This document shows positions 17,601-27,457 of a DNA stretch of 64,000 nucleotides, piece after piece. The translations under genes were made by a program, and so were the position numbers. Positions within the stretch are counted from its first letter, which is position 1. Each line of letters starts with the position of its first letter. The stretch covers positions 45,443-109,442 of the IMG/VR virus record IMGVR_UViG_2595698871_000001; one strand, given 5' to 3'. The notes under the pieces are model-generated. The model was not told the DNA's origin and ran no database searches. It saw only the letters and a list, made by a program, of their open reading frames with translations. The DNA comes from a virus (Duplodnaviria; Heunggongvirae; Uroviricota; Caudoviricetes).

Positions 17601-20600
17601 GACCTCTTCAAGCGCGCCCAGGCCCTGGCCGACGGCACCTTCCAGCGCACGGCCGCCGCCTCCAAGCCGGGCAGCGCGCTGATGGCTCCGTCGCCGGCGC
17701 AGACCCAGGCCAATGCCGCTGCCGTCAAGGCGACCATCGCCTCGATGGGCGATCGCGTGTACGCGACGGCTGGCCAGCACATGGGGCAGACCGCCGCCAA
17801 GGACGGCGCCTCGCTGCAAGCCTACTTCAAGGCCAACGGCGTCACCATCGACCCCAAGAAGTTGTCCTGGTGCGCGGCCTTCGTCAACGCGGTCCTGGCT
17901 CAAAACGGTCTCTCGGGCACGGGCTCGCTCGCGGCGTCGTCGTTCAAGGACTACGGCTCGGAAGTCAGCCGCGCCGACGCCAAGAAGGGCGACATCGTCG
18001 TCCTCAAGCCGCAGGACAAGCTCAAGCGCACGACGGGTCACGTTGGCTTCCTGGACGGCTTCAACAGCGACGGCAGCGTCCGCCTGCTGGGCGGTAACCA
18101 GGGCGGCGGCGTCAAGGTCTCGAACTTCAAGGCCGATCAGGTCGTCTCCTTCCGCCGCACCGGCACGGGCGGTGCTTCGGGCGCTGATCCCAGCTTCCTG
18201 GGCGGCGCGATCAAGGACGGCCAGGGCGAAGAGGGAGGCTCGCGCTACGAGCGCCGCATGAACGCCTTCAAGGCCCTGGGCACCATCACCGGCCAATCCT
18301 CGCCGGCCGCCGACGCCCTGTCCGACTACCAGGGCAACCTCGAAAAGCTGCGCGACATCATCGTCTCGGAAGAGAAGCTGATGACCGACGTCGGCTCCGA
18401 CGGGCAGTCGTTCTTCAACAAGACCAACCTCGAAGCCCTGGCGGCCACCCAGAAGAAGTGGAACCGCTCGATCGTCGAGGCGCTGAACCCGATCGCCAAG
18501 GAAGCGCGTCTGCTGTCGGAAGGCAACGACGTGCTGGAACTGCGCGCCAAGGGTCTGTCGCAGGAGGCCGACTGGCAAGAGCGCCTGACCAACATGCGCA
18601 ACGACGGCCTGAACGTCGACCTGATGCAGGACGAGGCCAAGTGGACCCAGTACCTGAACGAGTTGAAGAAGCAGGGCCTGGAGATCGACGTCAAGGCGCT
18701 GATGATGAAGCCGGACGAACTGCGCTACCAGCAGGGCCGTCAGGAAGCGCTCCAGACTGAACTCGACCTGACCAAGGCGCTGAACGACGCCAAGCAGGCG
18801 CAGATCGCGCGCACCGGCTCCAGCTACGACCGTACCCTGTCGGGCCTGATCGCGGGCAAGGGCAAGGAAGGCGAGAGCCTGACCCAGACCCAAGACCGTC
18901 TCGCCGGCTCGGTGGGTCCCAACGGCCGCAACGCCCTGGAGGCTCTGCAAGAGACCGCCGGGGTGATGGAAAGCTCGCGCTTGGCCGACGCCAAGGCCAG
19001 CATGCAGTCCCAGCTTCAGATCATGCGCGAGAGCGCACGCCTGAACAACACCCAGCGCGGCGTCTACGAGGAGTACCGCAACATCCTGGGCGAACTGCTC
19101 AACAAGCAGGGCGCCTCGCTGAAGGAACTGCTCGACTCGGCTGACGAGCAGACCAAGCAGCTTGCCCAGTCGTTCGTCAAGGCCAAGCAGGACTTCGAGA
19201 ACCCGCCGGGCTTCCAGAAGTGGGCTGACGCCCTGGAGCCGCTGGACAAGCGCCTCCAGGACATCAAGTCGCAGTTCATGGATGACCTGGGCGGCGGCAT
19301 CACCGACGCGCTGCTCGGCGAAGACGTCGACTGGCGTGAGATGCTGCACAACACCTTCAAGAAGCAGCTTCGCGCCCAGGTCGACGAAGGGCTCAAGAAC
19401 GTCACCTACTGGCTGACCGGTCAGGACCCCAACGCCCAGGCCGCCGCCAAGACGCCGGAAGCCCAGGCCCTGGTCTCGGCCGCCGACGTCCAGAAGCAGG
19501 CCGGCGACACCCTCCAGCAGGCCGCCAACAGCCTGCTCCAGGTCGCGCAGGGCGGTGTCCCCGGCGCGCCGGGCATGATGCCGGGCGCCCAGGGTCCGAT
19601 GGGTCCGATGTCGACGGCTGTCCAGCCGGGCATGACCCCGATGCAGGGCCTCGCCGCCCAGGGCATCAACAGCGCTGTGCAGGGCGTGGGCTCGCTGATC
19701 GGCGGCGATCCTACCCAGCACACCGGCGCGCGCAGCTTCGGCCAGCGCGTCGGCGGCATCCTGTCGAGCGTCGGCAGCATGTTCGGCTTCGGCGGCAATC
19801 GCGGCACGGCGATCGCGCCGGGCGGCCTGGGCGCCATCGGTCAAACCAAGACCTCGGGTGGCCTGCTCGGTGTCCTGGGTGCGATGAACGGCGTCACCGG
19901 TCTCCAGAAGACCTCGACCATGGTCGGCGGCACCTCGGCGGCCGGCGGCTCGACGGCGATCTCCGACGCCCTGACCATGGGCGGCGATCTGTCGCGTAAT
20001 GCCGGCATGACCAACGCCATGCAGATCGGCAGCGCCACCATCTCGATCGGCAACGCCACGATCAATGGAGGCGGCGCGGGTGGCGGCGGTGGAGCCCCTG
20101 GCGGCGCGCCGGGCGCCGGCGGCATGGGCGCGATGGGTGGCGGCGGCCTGGGCGGTCTGCTGGGCAACCTCAACACCAGCACCGTGGGCGTCGGCGACAA
20201 CATGCTGAGCCAGTTCACCATGGACGGCTCGGGCGGCCCCGGCTTCATGCCGGCCGGCTCGGGCCTGATGAACCTGTTCGGCGGCGGCGACGGCGGCTTT
20301 GGCGGCGGCGCGGACCTGTCGGGCCTGACCAACAACGCCGTGGGCCTGCCTGACATGCTGAGCGCCTTCACCATGGACGGTTCGGGCGGTCCGGGCTTCC
20401 AGGCGGCGGGCTCGGCGCTGCAAGGCCTCAACATCACGCCGTTCGGCGGTGGCGGCGGCCTGGGCGGCTTCTTCTCGGCGATCGGTCCGATGATGCAGGG
20501 CGCGATGAGCTTTGCCGGCCCGCTGATTGGCGCCCTGATGACCGGCGGCAAGAAGCGCAACAACGCGCCCGACACCTACCGCACGCCCAACGGTGTCTTC

Positions 20601-21122
20601 GGACAGGCCAGCCAGAACACCGTCACCGGTCGCCTGCTGGGTCCGCGCAAGAACGTCTTCGGCGAGATCGCCAACCTCGCCATGCAGTTCTTCACCGGCG
20701 GCATGGGCGGCGGCGGCCCGATGAGCATGATGAGCATGTTCGGCGGTGGCGGCGGCATGGGTGGCTTCCCCGGCTTCAAGGAAGGCGGCTACACCAACGC
20801 GCCGGTCAACCACTACTCGACCGCGTCGCTGTTCTCGGGCGCGCCGCATTACGCCGAAGGCACGCCCAACACCAGCCTCGCCAATGGGGGCATGCCCGCG
20901 ATCGTCCACCCGGACGAAGCGGTCATCCCGCTGTCGCGCGGCCGGAACATCCCGGTCGAACTGAACGGCGCCGGCGGCGGCCACTCCACGACGGTGATCT
21001 CGCCGATCACGGTCTACGCCAACGACGCCGACAGCTTCCGCCCGGCCCAGGCTCAGATCGCCCGCAAGCAGAACAAGACCCTGCGCCGGGCGGCTCTGCG
21101 CAACGCCACCATGGCGGCCTAA
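14628..21122 (+). CDS. Tape measure protein (2164 aa)
   Basis: Ala-rich helical; SQAMAKGKISSEEFNRQIGE tape-measure motif. Confidence 0.92.
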   Translation: MDSEALKLKIDSSQARQDLDALARSLDRASKAAGSMQSNLAKGVDKSNDALVRGAKNIEKFARVTAELSKVKLSGDPAKQLTEFANAVSAVARAREISAAKLTGLSKFVQVGAQISKLKFSAESFSGLRAFTQAMDEAGRARAVSGAKLKAWVDFIDVSARASRLRFPSQTTSSIKALAEAMDAIAKVRTLSPSRLASIKEMFTVLASAKGINGANGIARDLDAIAGAATRAAKAMNELKGARSGMGGARGSGGGSGGISAGSAATVKRFNEEVAKTSQHTATAKKGLTGLGEGLTGLSGRFNLAYQAGTLFSAMFSSFTFGGLIKGIYDTSVSFQKLNKAMLFVTGTYDGAKKASQDFIDISVQLGASVEDNADAYSRFAISSAAAGLKLNDVNKIYKSTQLALTAVGANSEQVGYAFYGLSQAMAKGKISSEEFNRQIGEQIPGNAQAGARALSKLTGQQKSVADLFDEMRKGTLQSAPFLKAWADEVSRMFAPLLPEAEKRPDFQLNKVKTAFSLWKKEVGQSQFIGALTTQFKRLSDMLIVVKGDHYVLTDRGKKLADSFGKGLAQAVNILGNALAWLADNMDKVVSVIKVIGALAIGNEFAKWGSQVAKFADNMLGVKKAIEEVSAAESTAQAKRAVVNKSGAVNTAASLATDRMAMATNRSRDAVMGGTFVGSAAAPAVRQAPAFSQLSYLTGAPTEAARGRATFGQRQPFTGNSTFDARPAARGNMLGGLMGAASAGAATAATTAFSGLRKVINLLPGVALTAAVALAIFGNSMTKLNDKAVSYNNIAAGALGTAGDQVGMGLTGLFNGIRGLLGAQQKAAGTGDWLVDISASLIVFGKTIFTLASTLGKILGTMMSNIIIPWIDLGQKLSSGDLKGAAAASGEILLGQFGKESRKRWGDLGKELGQDWGKALDYAGTRKSIVDGALKSAAGDTAATQGANAAQKMTEAALAQMKAADDQALAAADLKDATANFKKDLAPLNFNDLFKRAQALADGTFQRTAAASKPGSALMAPSPAQTQANAAAVKATIASMGDRVYATAGQHMGQTAAKDGASLQAYFKANGVTIDPKKLSWCAAFVNAVLAQNGLSGTGSLAASSFKDYGSEVSRADAKKGDIVVLKPQDKLKRTTGHVGFLDGFNSDGSVRLLGGNQGGGVKVSNFKADQVVSFRRTGTGGASGADPSFLGGAIKDGQGEEGGSRYERRMNAFKALGTITGQSSPAADALSDYQGNLEKLRDIIVSEEKLMTDVGSDGQSFFNKTNLEALAATQKKWNRSIVEALNPIAKEARLLSEGNDVLELRAKGLSQEADWQERLTNMRNDGLNVDLMQDEAKWTQYLNELKKQGLEIDVKALMMKPDELRYQQGRQEALQTELDLTKALNDAKQAQIARTGSSYDRTLSGLIAGKGKEGESLTQTQDRLAGSVGPNGRNALEALQETAGVMESSRLADAKASMQSQLQIMRESARLNNTQRGVYEEYRNILGELLNKQGASLKELLDSADEQTKQLAQSFVKAKQDFENPPGFQKWADALEPLDKRLQDIKSQFMDDLGGGITDALLGEDVDWREMLHNTFKKQLRAQVDEGLKNVTYWLTGQDPNAQAAAKTPEAQALVSAADVQKQAGDTLQQAANSLLQVAQGGVPGAPGMMPGAQGPMGPMSTAVQPGMTPMQGLAAQGINSAVQGVGSLIGGDPTQHTGARSFGQRVGGILSSVGSMFGFGGNRGTAIAPGGLGAIGQTKTSGGLLGVLGAMNGVTGLQKTSTMVGGTSAAGGSTAISDALTMGGDLSRNAGMTNAMQIGSATISIGNATINGGGAGGGGGAPGGAPGAGGMGAMGGGGLGGLLGNLNTSTVGVGDNMLSQFTMDGSGGPGFMPAGSGLMNLFGGGDGGFGGGADLSGLTNNAVGLPDMLSAFTMDGSGGPGFQAAGSALQGLNITPFGGGGGLGGFFSAIGPMMQGAMSFAGPLIGALMTGGKKRNNAPDTYRTPNGVFGQASQNTVTGRLLGPRKNVFGEIANLAMQFFTGGMGGGGPMSMMSMFGGGGGMGGFPGFKEGGYTNAPVNHYSTASLFSGAPHYAEGTPNTSLANGGMPAIVHPDEAVIPLSRGRNIPVELNGAGGGHSTTVISPITVYANDADSFRPAQAQIARKQNKTLRRAALRNATMAA

Positions 21123-21139
21123 CGACATCACCCACGACT

Positions 21140-21202
21140 GTCGTGAATCTTGACGTCCCTGGATGGTCGTGGCATCCAGGGACTCCCTTCTCGCATGGTT
21201 AA
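21140..21202 (+). promoter_or_regulatory. Promoter with GTCGTGAATC element and TTAACCAT site
   Basis: GTCGTGAATC-TTGACG-N17-CATCCA; ATGGTTAA at 21195-21202. Confidence 0.6.
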
Positions 21203-21206
21203 CGTG

Positions 21207-21863
21207 ATGCCGAACTACAGCTTCCACGACGTGCTGTTCCCCGAGACCATCAGCTACGGCTCGTCGGGCGGTCCGAAGTTCAAGACCACGATCTTCCAGG
21301 CCGACTCGGGCTACGAGCAACGCAACAAGGACTGGAGCGACGTGCGGCACGAGTACGACGTCGCCCAGTCGATCCGCTCGACCGAGGACATGGAAGAACT
21401 GCGCGCCTTCTTCATGGCCCGCAACGGCCGCGCCCACGGCTTCCGCTACAAGGACTGGGGTGACTTCCGCCTGAAGAACCAGTTGATCGGCGTCGGCGAC
21501 GGCGTCACCAAGACCTTCCAGATCGTCAAGACCTACACCAGCACCGGACACGACGGCACCGACTACACCTACACTCGCAACATCCGCAAGCCCAAGTGGG
21601 ACTCGATCGCCGGCGTCAAGGTCGGGCCGGTCGTCCAGGTGGCCCCGACCAACTACGAGGTCGACTATTCGACCGGCCTGATGACCTTCGTCAACGCGCC
21701 CGCCCCCGACGCCCCGGTCACCATCGGCTTGGGCGAGTTCCACGTCCCCGTCCGCTTCGACACGGACATGATGGACGTGACCCAGGAATTCTGGATGCGC
21801 GAGACGTGGCCCAACATCGCCATCGTCGAAATCCGCGACTATCAGGAGATCATCCTCCCGTGA
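21207..21863 (+). CDS. Distal tail protein, DUF2460-like
   Basis: FPE.ISYGSSGGP.F.T.I, GRAHGFRYKDW, FHVPVRFDTD motifs. Confidence 0.85.
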   Translation: MPNYSFHDVLFPETISYGSSGGPKFKTTIFQADSGYEQRNKDWSDVRHEYDVAQSIRSTEDMEELRAFFMARNGRAHGFRYKDWGDFRLKNQLIGVGDGVTKTFQIVKTYTSTGHDGTDYTYTRNIRKPKWDSIAGVKVGPVVQVAPTNYEVDYSTGLMTFVNAPAPDAPVTIGLGEFHVPVRFDTDMMDVTQEFWMRETWPNIAIVEIRDYQEIILP

Positions 21864-23485
21864 AATCCGTCCCGCCGCTCCTGATGGAGCACATCCAGCA
21901 GGAGGTGACGACGCTGGCGACCTGCATCACGATCGTGCGGCAGGACGGCAAGGCCTTCTTCCTGACCGACCACGACCGGCCGATCCTGTTCGAGAACCAG
22001 CACTTCGTCCCCTACGACTCCTACCAGCGCACGTCGATCCTGATGTCGTCGGAACTCGAAGTCGATACGGCCGACATCACCGCCTTCCTGACCTCCGACG
22101 GCGTCACGCGCGATGACGTGGCCTCGGGCCTGTTCGACTATGCCGCGATCAAGGTGCAGTTGCTCAACTACACCAGCCCGCAGGACGGCGCGATCCTGCT
22201 GCGCAAGGGCACCTTCGGCGAAGTGGTGATGAACCAGGACGAGACGTTCACGGCCGAAATCCGTGGCCTGACCCAGGTCCTGACCTATCGGGTCGGCGAG
22301 TCCTATGCGCCCGAGTGCCGCGCGGACCTGGGCGATCGCCGCTGCAAGATCGGCCTGATGCCCGAGGAATGGCAGGGCAACACCTATTACGCCACCAGCA
22401 CCTGCGTGCTGGGCGAGGTCTCGGCCGCGAACTCCTTCGTCAACCTTGACGTCATCAACTGGAGCTTCGAGTCCGGCGACCTCAACACCGTCGTCACCGC
22501 GCCGGCCGGCTGGGTGGCCTACGGCGATCCGACCAGCCGCTGGGTCTACAAGCACGACTGGTACAACCTCTCGCGCCCGCAACTGGGCGACAAGTTCATC
22601 GCTGCGACCCGCACGTCGATCGACGACAAGCAGGAGATCGCCGGCATGTTCCAGGACATCAGCCTCCTCAGTGCTGGCGTCTCCGAAGAGGACCTCGACT
22701 CGGGCCTCTGCCGCGTCCGCTACAAGTCGTTCGTGGCGTGTCTCAACAACCGCGCCCAGTCGCGCGAGCGCCTGACCTGCATCAAGGCCGACGGGTCGGT
22801 CGAGACGATCTGGGACACCGGCGAGAAGAAGTACCCCGAGGACCGCTGGGTCGCCGTCAACGCCGACGACGTCCTGATCCCGGCCGGCACCCGCACCCTG
22901 CGCATCGACCTGTGGTCCAAGAAGCGCAACGTCCACGAAGAGGGCGTGGCCTACGACGGCATCAAGGCCTCGATCAACCTGCCCGACGGCACGGCCGGCA
23001 ACGCCGACGTCTACGGCGGGGTGATGTTCAAGTGCATCCAGGCGGGCGTCAGCGGCGACACCCCGCCCGAATGGACCAACGAGATCGGCGCCACCTTCAA
23101 CGACGGCACCGTCATCTGGCAGTGCGTGACCAACTACAAGCGCGTGGGCACGGTCGACGCGGTCGACTCCAACAAGTCCTTCACCCCCGAAGGCATTGGC
23201 GAGCAGGGCGGCTTCTACGACGGTGGCGTGCTCTACTGGGAGACCGGCCGCAACGCCGGCCGCGCCCAGGAGATCAAGCTCTGGTCGGGCGGCGTCTTCA
23301 CGCTCTTCCAGCGCACCTACTACCCGATCACCGAGGGTGACCGCTTCGTGGTCTATCCCGGCTGCGACAAGCGCCGCAGCACCTGCGGCGACAAGTTCAA
23401 CAACATCCTCAACTTCCGCGCCGAGCCCGACGTGCCCGGCCAGGACATCTACTATCGCACGCCCAACGCGCCGGAGCAGGAATGA
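21860..23485 (+). CDS. Tail hub protein, DUF2163/BR0599-like, with central insertion
   Basis: LTDHD, CRADLGD.RC, GCDK...TC..KF.N..NFR motifs. Confidence 0.85.
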   Translation: MKSVPPLLMEHIQQEVTTLATCITIVRQDGKAFFLTDHDRPILFENQHFVPYDSYQRTSILMSSELEVDTADITAFLTSDGVTRDDVASGLFDYAAIKVQLLNYTSPQDGAILLRKGTFGEVVMNQDETFTAEIRGLTQVLTYRVGESYAPECRADLGDRRCKIGLMPEEWQGNTYYATSTCVLGEVSAANSFVNLDVINWSFESGDLNTVVTAPAGWVAYGDPTSRWVYKHDWYNLSRPQLGDKFIAATRTSIDDKQEIAGMFQDISLLSAGVSEEDLDSGLCRVRYKSFVACLNNRAQSRERLTCIKADGSVETIWDTGEKKYPEDRWVAVNADDVLIPAGTRTLRIDLWSKKRNVHEEGVAYDGIKASINLPDGTAGNADVYGGVMFKCIQAGVSGDTPPEWTNEIGATFNDGTVIWQCVTNYKRVGTVDAVDSNKSFTPEGIGEQGGFYDGGVLYWETGRNAGRAQEIKLWSGGVFTLFQRTYYPITEGDRFVVYPGCDKRRSTCGDKFNNILNFRAEPDVPGQDIYYRTPNAPEQE

Positions 23486-23907
23486 CCCGCGACGACATCG
23501 TGACCGAAGCGCGCCGCTATGTGGCGCTCCAAACCCCCTGGCGTCACCGGGGCCGCACCGAGCGCGGCCTCGACTGCATCGGGCTGGCCGTGATGATCTT
23601 CGAGAAATACAACCTGGAATACATGGACCAGGATGGCTACGCGCGCACGCCCGACGGCGAGCGGTTCGTCGACGTGATCAAGGCCCACATGACCCTGGCC
23701 GACCCCACCGACCTCAAGCCCGGCATGCTCGTCCTGTTCAACGACGACGCCCGGCCCTGCCATGTGGGCATCCTGGCCCAGAAGCACGGGGTCATGACCC
23801 TGATCCACGCGACCGCCGACAAGAAGCGCACGGTCGAAGAAATCTATGATCGCCGCTACGCCGCCCGGTTCCGGATGGCGTTCGATTTCCCCGGCGTTGA
23901 GGACTAA
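23482..23907 (+). CDS. NlpC/P60 family tail-tip peptidase
   Basis: PW.H.GR...GLDC.GL and HVGI motifs. Confidence 0.88.
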   Translation: MTRDDIVTEARRYVALQTPWRHRGRTERGLDCIGLAVMIFEKYNLEYMDQDGYARTPDGERFVDVIKAHMTLADPTDLKPGMLVLFNDDARPCHVGILAQKHGVMTLIHATADKKRTVEEIYDRRYAARFRMAFDFPGVED

Positions 23908-23909
23908 GC

Positions 23910-26900
23910 ATGGGCGCAGCTATTGCTCTTCCGATCGTCTCGGCCATTGTCAGCACGGCGATCAGCTACATCTTCCCGGACGAAGGTCCGCGCCTGCGCG
24001 ACACCAAGGTCTCGGCCTCGACCTACGGCAACGTGATCCCCGAAATCTTCGGGACCGCGCGCGTGGCCGGTAACATGATCTGGTCCAAGCCCTTCACCGA
24101 GAAGAAGAAGAAGAAGCGCGCCGGCAAGGGCGGCTCCTACTACAACCAGTACACCTACTTCTGCGACTTCGCGATGGGCTTCTGCAAGGGTCCGGTCAAG
24201 GAGGTGCGGCGTATCTGGGCCGACGGCAAGGTGATCTATGACACCACCGGCGGCTCGGAGGTGGTCGACAACAACAAGTACCGCTTCCGCTTCTACTCCG
24301 GGGACGAAGAGCAGCTTCCCGACAGCCTCGTCTCGGAAGACAAGGGCCTGGACTACGCCCCGGCCTATCGGGGCCTTTGCTACGTCGTGTTCGACGACTT
24401 CGCCCTGGCTGACTTCGGCAACCGCATCCCGCAGATCATGGCCGAGGTCTATGCCGGCGACGAGGGCGGCACGGCGATCACCGACGTCACCTCGCTGGGC
24501 GATGACACGGAGCAGCCCGGCGGCTCCTTCCAGCTTGACCAGTGCATCATCGACACCGATCGCGGCTACTTCTACCTCGTCGACAGCACCTCGGACCCGC
24601 GCGGCGGCGTCCTGCGGCGCTTCCTGCTGTCGAACGGCAAGGAAGACCGGCGCGAGCTTGTCCAGGTCGCCCCGACCACGCCGCCGTCGGTCTATGACAG
24701 CCCGTCCCTGACCTCCGTGCGTGGCCTGACGTCGAAGGGCGAACTGCTCTGCGTGTTCGGCGGCGTCAACAACTACATGCGGATCGAGAAGCTCGATCCC
24801 TATTCCTGGACCTCGCTGGGAACGGTGGGGCGCAGCTTCCCCTTCGAAACCAGCCCCGAACGGAGCCTGGAGTTCTCTAACGCCGACTTCAAGACTTCGC
24901 GCGACGACAAGGGCAACTACCTGACCCTGACGCTGGGTGTCTTCGGCGAGTACAACATCTTCGATCCGTCCAGCATGACCTACATGTCCAAGGGGCACAT
25001 GGCCGGCTGGAACGGCCCTGGCACGCCGATGTTCATCACCGCCCGCCAGGGCGGCTCGCCCAATGCGCGCCGCTTCTACCACGTCACCTACGACGGCGGC
25101 CCGACCCTGTCGGTGTGCAGCCTGGGCGAGACCCTCTATCATCACCCGTTGCCGCATCCTGGCGCGGCCGGCGCCACCGGCTGGTGTTTCTGGGACGAAG
25201 GCGATCCGGGCGTGGTCTTCTTCTACACCGACGGCAACCAGGATCGCTATCTGGCCAAGTGGTCGGAGACGACCGGCGCCCTGGCGTGGCAGACCCAACT
25301 CCGCAACAGCGACCCGATCTGCGGCTATCCGGTCTGGGGCATGGACGCGCGGATCAAGGACAACGAACTCCACTGGGTCTATAGGGACCACCTGTTCTCG
25401 ATCAACACCTCGACGGGCAAGTGGATCGACCGCACGTTCGACCAGGACTTCTACAAGACCAAGAACGACAAGACCGCCGATCAGGTCAATGACGGCGATC
25501 GCGGGCAGTTGCTGTCGCGTGAGGTCGCCTCCGACCACGTCATCTACGACCCGCGCCGCAACATCGTCATCGGCCTGGGGTCTCCCCAGATCACCAACGG
25601 CATCGTCCATGTCGGGGCCTACACCGGGCAGAAGACCAATGTCGGCCGCATCGTCGAGCAGTTGCTGGTCACCACCGGGCAGTTGACCTCCAACGACTAC
25701 GACCTGACGCCGCTCTATGAAATCCCCGTGCGCGGCTACGGCTACGCGACCTCGACCGACGTCAAGTCGATCATCTCCGAACTGCGCAACCTGTTCATGT
25801 TCGATCTGGTCGAAAGCGACGGCAAGCTGGTGGCGCGCGTGCGCGGCGACCAGGAGGCGGACGCCGAGGTCCCCTGGCAGCTTCTCGGCTCCCAGAGCGG
25901 CCCCAGCGACGACAAGGCCGAATACTGGAAGGAGACGCGGATGTCGGAGTCCGACCTCCCGTCCGCGATCGACCTGACCTACATGAACATCGACGACGAC
26001 TACAACCCGTCGACGGCCAAGTCCAAGCGCATCTCCTCGCCGGTGGCGACCATGATGTCGCGCCAGCAGGTCAAGACCGAGTGCAACCTCGTCATGGACG
26101 CGACCGAGGCCAAGAACCGCGTCAACATCATGCTCTACACCCAGTGGGACGAGCGCACCCAGCACAACACCGCCCTGCCCTGGGCGTTCGCGCACCTGGA
26201 TGCCTCGGACCTCATCTCGGTGACCATGGAGGACGGCCGCAACTACTTCGACCGCATCGGCTCGATCGAGTTCGGCGCCGACTTCTCCTCGCGCCTGGAG
26301 ACCTATGGCACCGACAGCGGCGCCTACCTGTCTGAGAAGGTCGGTGACGGCGGCGGCGCGGGCCGGCCGACCGTGGTCCACGCGCCCAAGCCGGTCGTGG
26401 GCTTCATCATGAACCTGCCGTTGCTGCGCGACACCCACGACACCGGCGCCAACTTCTCCAACTGGTACAGCGCCATCGGTCAGGGCGCGCCGGGCACCTT
26501 CTATGGCGGGACGATGTTCAAGTCCGCCAACAGCCAGGACTATGTCGATCTCTACCAGGAGACCGAGAGCGCCGAGTGGGGCACCGTCAAGGGGATCGTC
26601 CCGCCGGCCTCGCGCGGCTGGTTCGCGCTGGACTGGGAGACCAAGATCACCATCGTCCCGGCGGTCGAGTTCTTCGAACTGGAGTCGATCACCGACGACG
26701 AACTTTGGGAAGGCCAGAACGGCTTCGTGGTCGGCAACGAGGTCATGCAGTTCCGCGACGCGGTCGAGAACGCCGACGGCACCTGGACGATCTGGAACCT
26801 GCTGCGCGGTCGGCGCGGGACGCAGTACGCCTGCGACACCCACGTCGCGGGCGAGAAGTTCATCTTCCTGGACGAGCGCTCGCTCGAACTCCAGGCCGAG

Positions 26901-27386
26901 AACCTCGACACCGCCGGGCAGAACCGCTGGTACAAGGCCGTTGGCTCGGGCATGTCGCTGTTCGAGACCGACGCCACCCAGATCAACTACCAGCCGCGCG
27001 ACCTCATGCCCTACCGGCCGTCGGACATCCGCCGCGCGGTCGCGGGCGGGGACGTGACGGTGACCTGGAAGCGCCGCACGCGCTTCACGGCCACCATGAA
27101 GGACGGCACGGGCGTGGTTCCGGTCAACGAGGGCAGCGAAGCCTACGAGGCCTATGTGCTGGCCACGGCGTTCACGGGCGACCATTCGCGCCAGGACGCG
27201 CCGGCGGCTTTCGTGCGGAAATACGACCTCACGAGCCCCACTTTCACCTACACGGCGGCCGAGCAGACGGCTGACGGATTTGACGTGAATCTTGACACTC
27301 TCCACGTCGTGATCTATCAGTTGAGTTCGGCTGTTGGTCGGGGTTTCCCCGGCGCTCGCTCGATCGAGTCCTGGCAGGACTTCTAA
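23910..27386 (+). CDS. Central tail fibre / tip attachment protein (J-like, 1158 aa)
   Basis: YG..IP..FGT.RVAGN.IW, APAYRGLCYVVF, NLLRGRRGT motifs. Confidence 0.85.
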   Translation: MGAAIALPIVSAIVSTAISYIFPDEGPRLRDTKVSASTYGNVIPEIFGTARVAGNMIWSKPFTEKKKKKRAGKGGSYYNQYTYFCDFAMGFCKGPVKEVRRIWADGKVIYDTTGGSEVVDNNKYRFRFYSGDEEQLPDSLVSEDKGLDYAPAYRGLCYVVFDDFALADFGNRIPQIMAEVYAGDEGGTAITDVTSLGDDTEQPGGSFQLDQCIIDTDRGYFYLVDSTSDPRGGVLRRFLLSNGKEDRRELVQVAPTTPPSVYDSPSLTSVRGLTSKGELLCVFGGVNNYMRIEKLDPYSWTSLGTVGRSFPFETSPERSLEFSNADFKTSRDDKGNYLTLTLGVFGEYNIFDPSSMTYMSKGHMAGWNGPGTPMFITARQGGSPNARRFYHVTYDGGPTLSVCSLGETLYHHPLPHPGAAGATGWCFWDEGDPGVVFFYTDGNQDRYLAKWSETTGALAWQTQLRNSDPICGYPVWGMDARIKDNELHWVYRDHLFSINTSTGKWIDRTFDQDFYKTKNDKTADQVNDGDRGQLLSREVASDHVIYDPRRNIVIGLGSPQITNGIVHVGAYTGQKTNVGRIVEQLLVTTGQLTSNDYDLTPLYEIPVRGYGYATSTDVKSIISELRNLFMFDLVESDGKLVARVRGDQEADAEVPWQLLGSQSGPSDDKAEYWKETRMSESDLPSAIDLTYMNIDDDYNPSTAKSKRISSPVATMMSRQQVKTECNLVMDATEAKNRVNIMLYTQWDERTQHNTALPWAFAHLDASDLISVTMEDGRNYFDRIGSIEFGADFSSRLETYGTDSGAYLSEKVGDGGGAGRPTVVHAPKPVVGFIMNLPLLRDTHDTGANFSNWYSAIGQGAPGTFYGGTMFKSANSQDYVDLYQETESAEWGTVKGIVPPASRGWFALDWETKITIVPAVEFFELESITDDELWEGQNGFVVGNEVMQFRDAVENADGTWTIWNLLRGRRGTQYACDTHVAGEKFIFLDERSLELQAENLDTAGQNRWYKAVGSGMSLFETDATQINYQPRDLMPYRPSDIRRAVAGGDVTVTWKRRTRFTATMKDGTGVVPVNEGSEAYEAYVLATAFTGDHSRQDAPAAFVRKYDLTSPTFTYTAAEQTADGFDVNLDTLHVVIYQLSSAVGRGFPGARSIESWQDF
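27282..27320 (+). promoter_or_regulatory. Internal promoter for tail fibre genes
   Basis: GACGTGAATC-TTGACA-N17-TATCAG inside the 3' end of the upstream CDS. Confidence 0.6.
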
Positions 27387-27457
27387 GCTCCCCTTCCACA
27401 ATCCCATCGATCCCGGAGCGATCCGGGATCGGTCCTTGTCATAAAAGCCGTGGAACG

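Noticed and set aside
14625-21743. 2372-aa minus-strand ORF, and similar long shadows at 23904-27407, 28813-32091, 38634-41534, 43487-46747, 49455-51710 and 58099-60843
   Set aside because: Antisense shadows of real genes caused by strong GC3 bias (few reverse-strand stops); no motifs or RBS.
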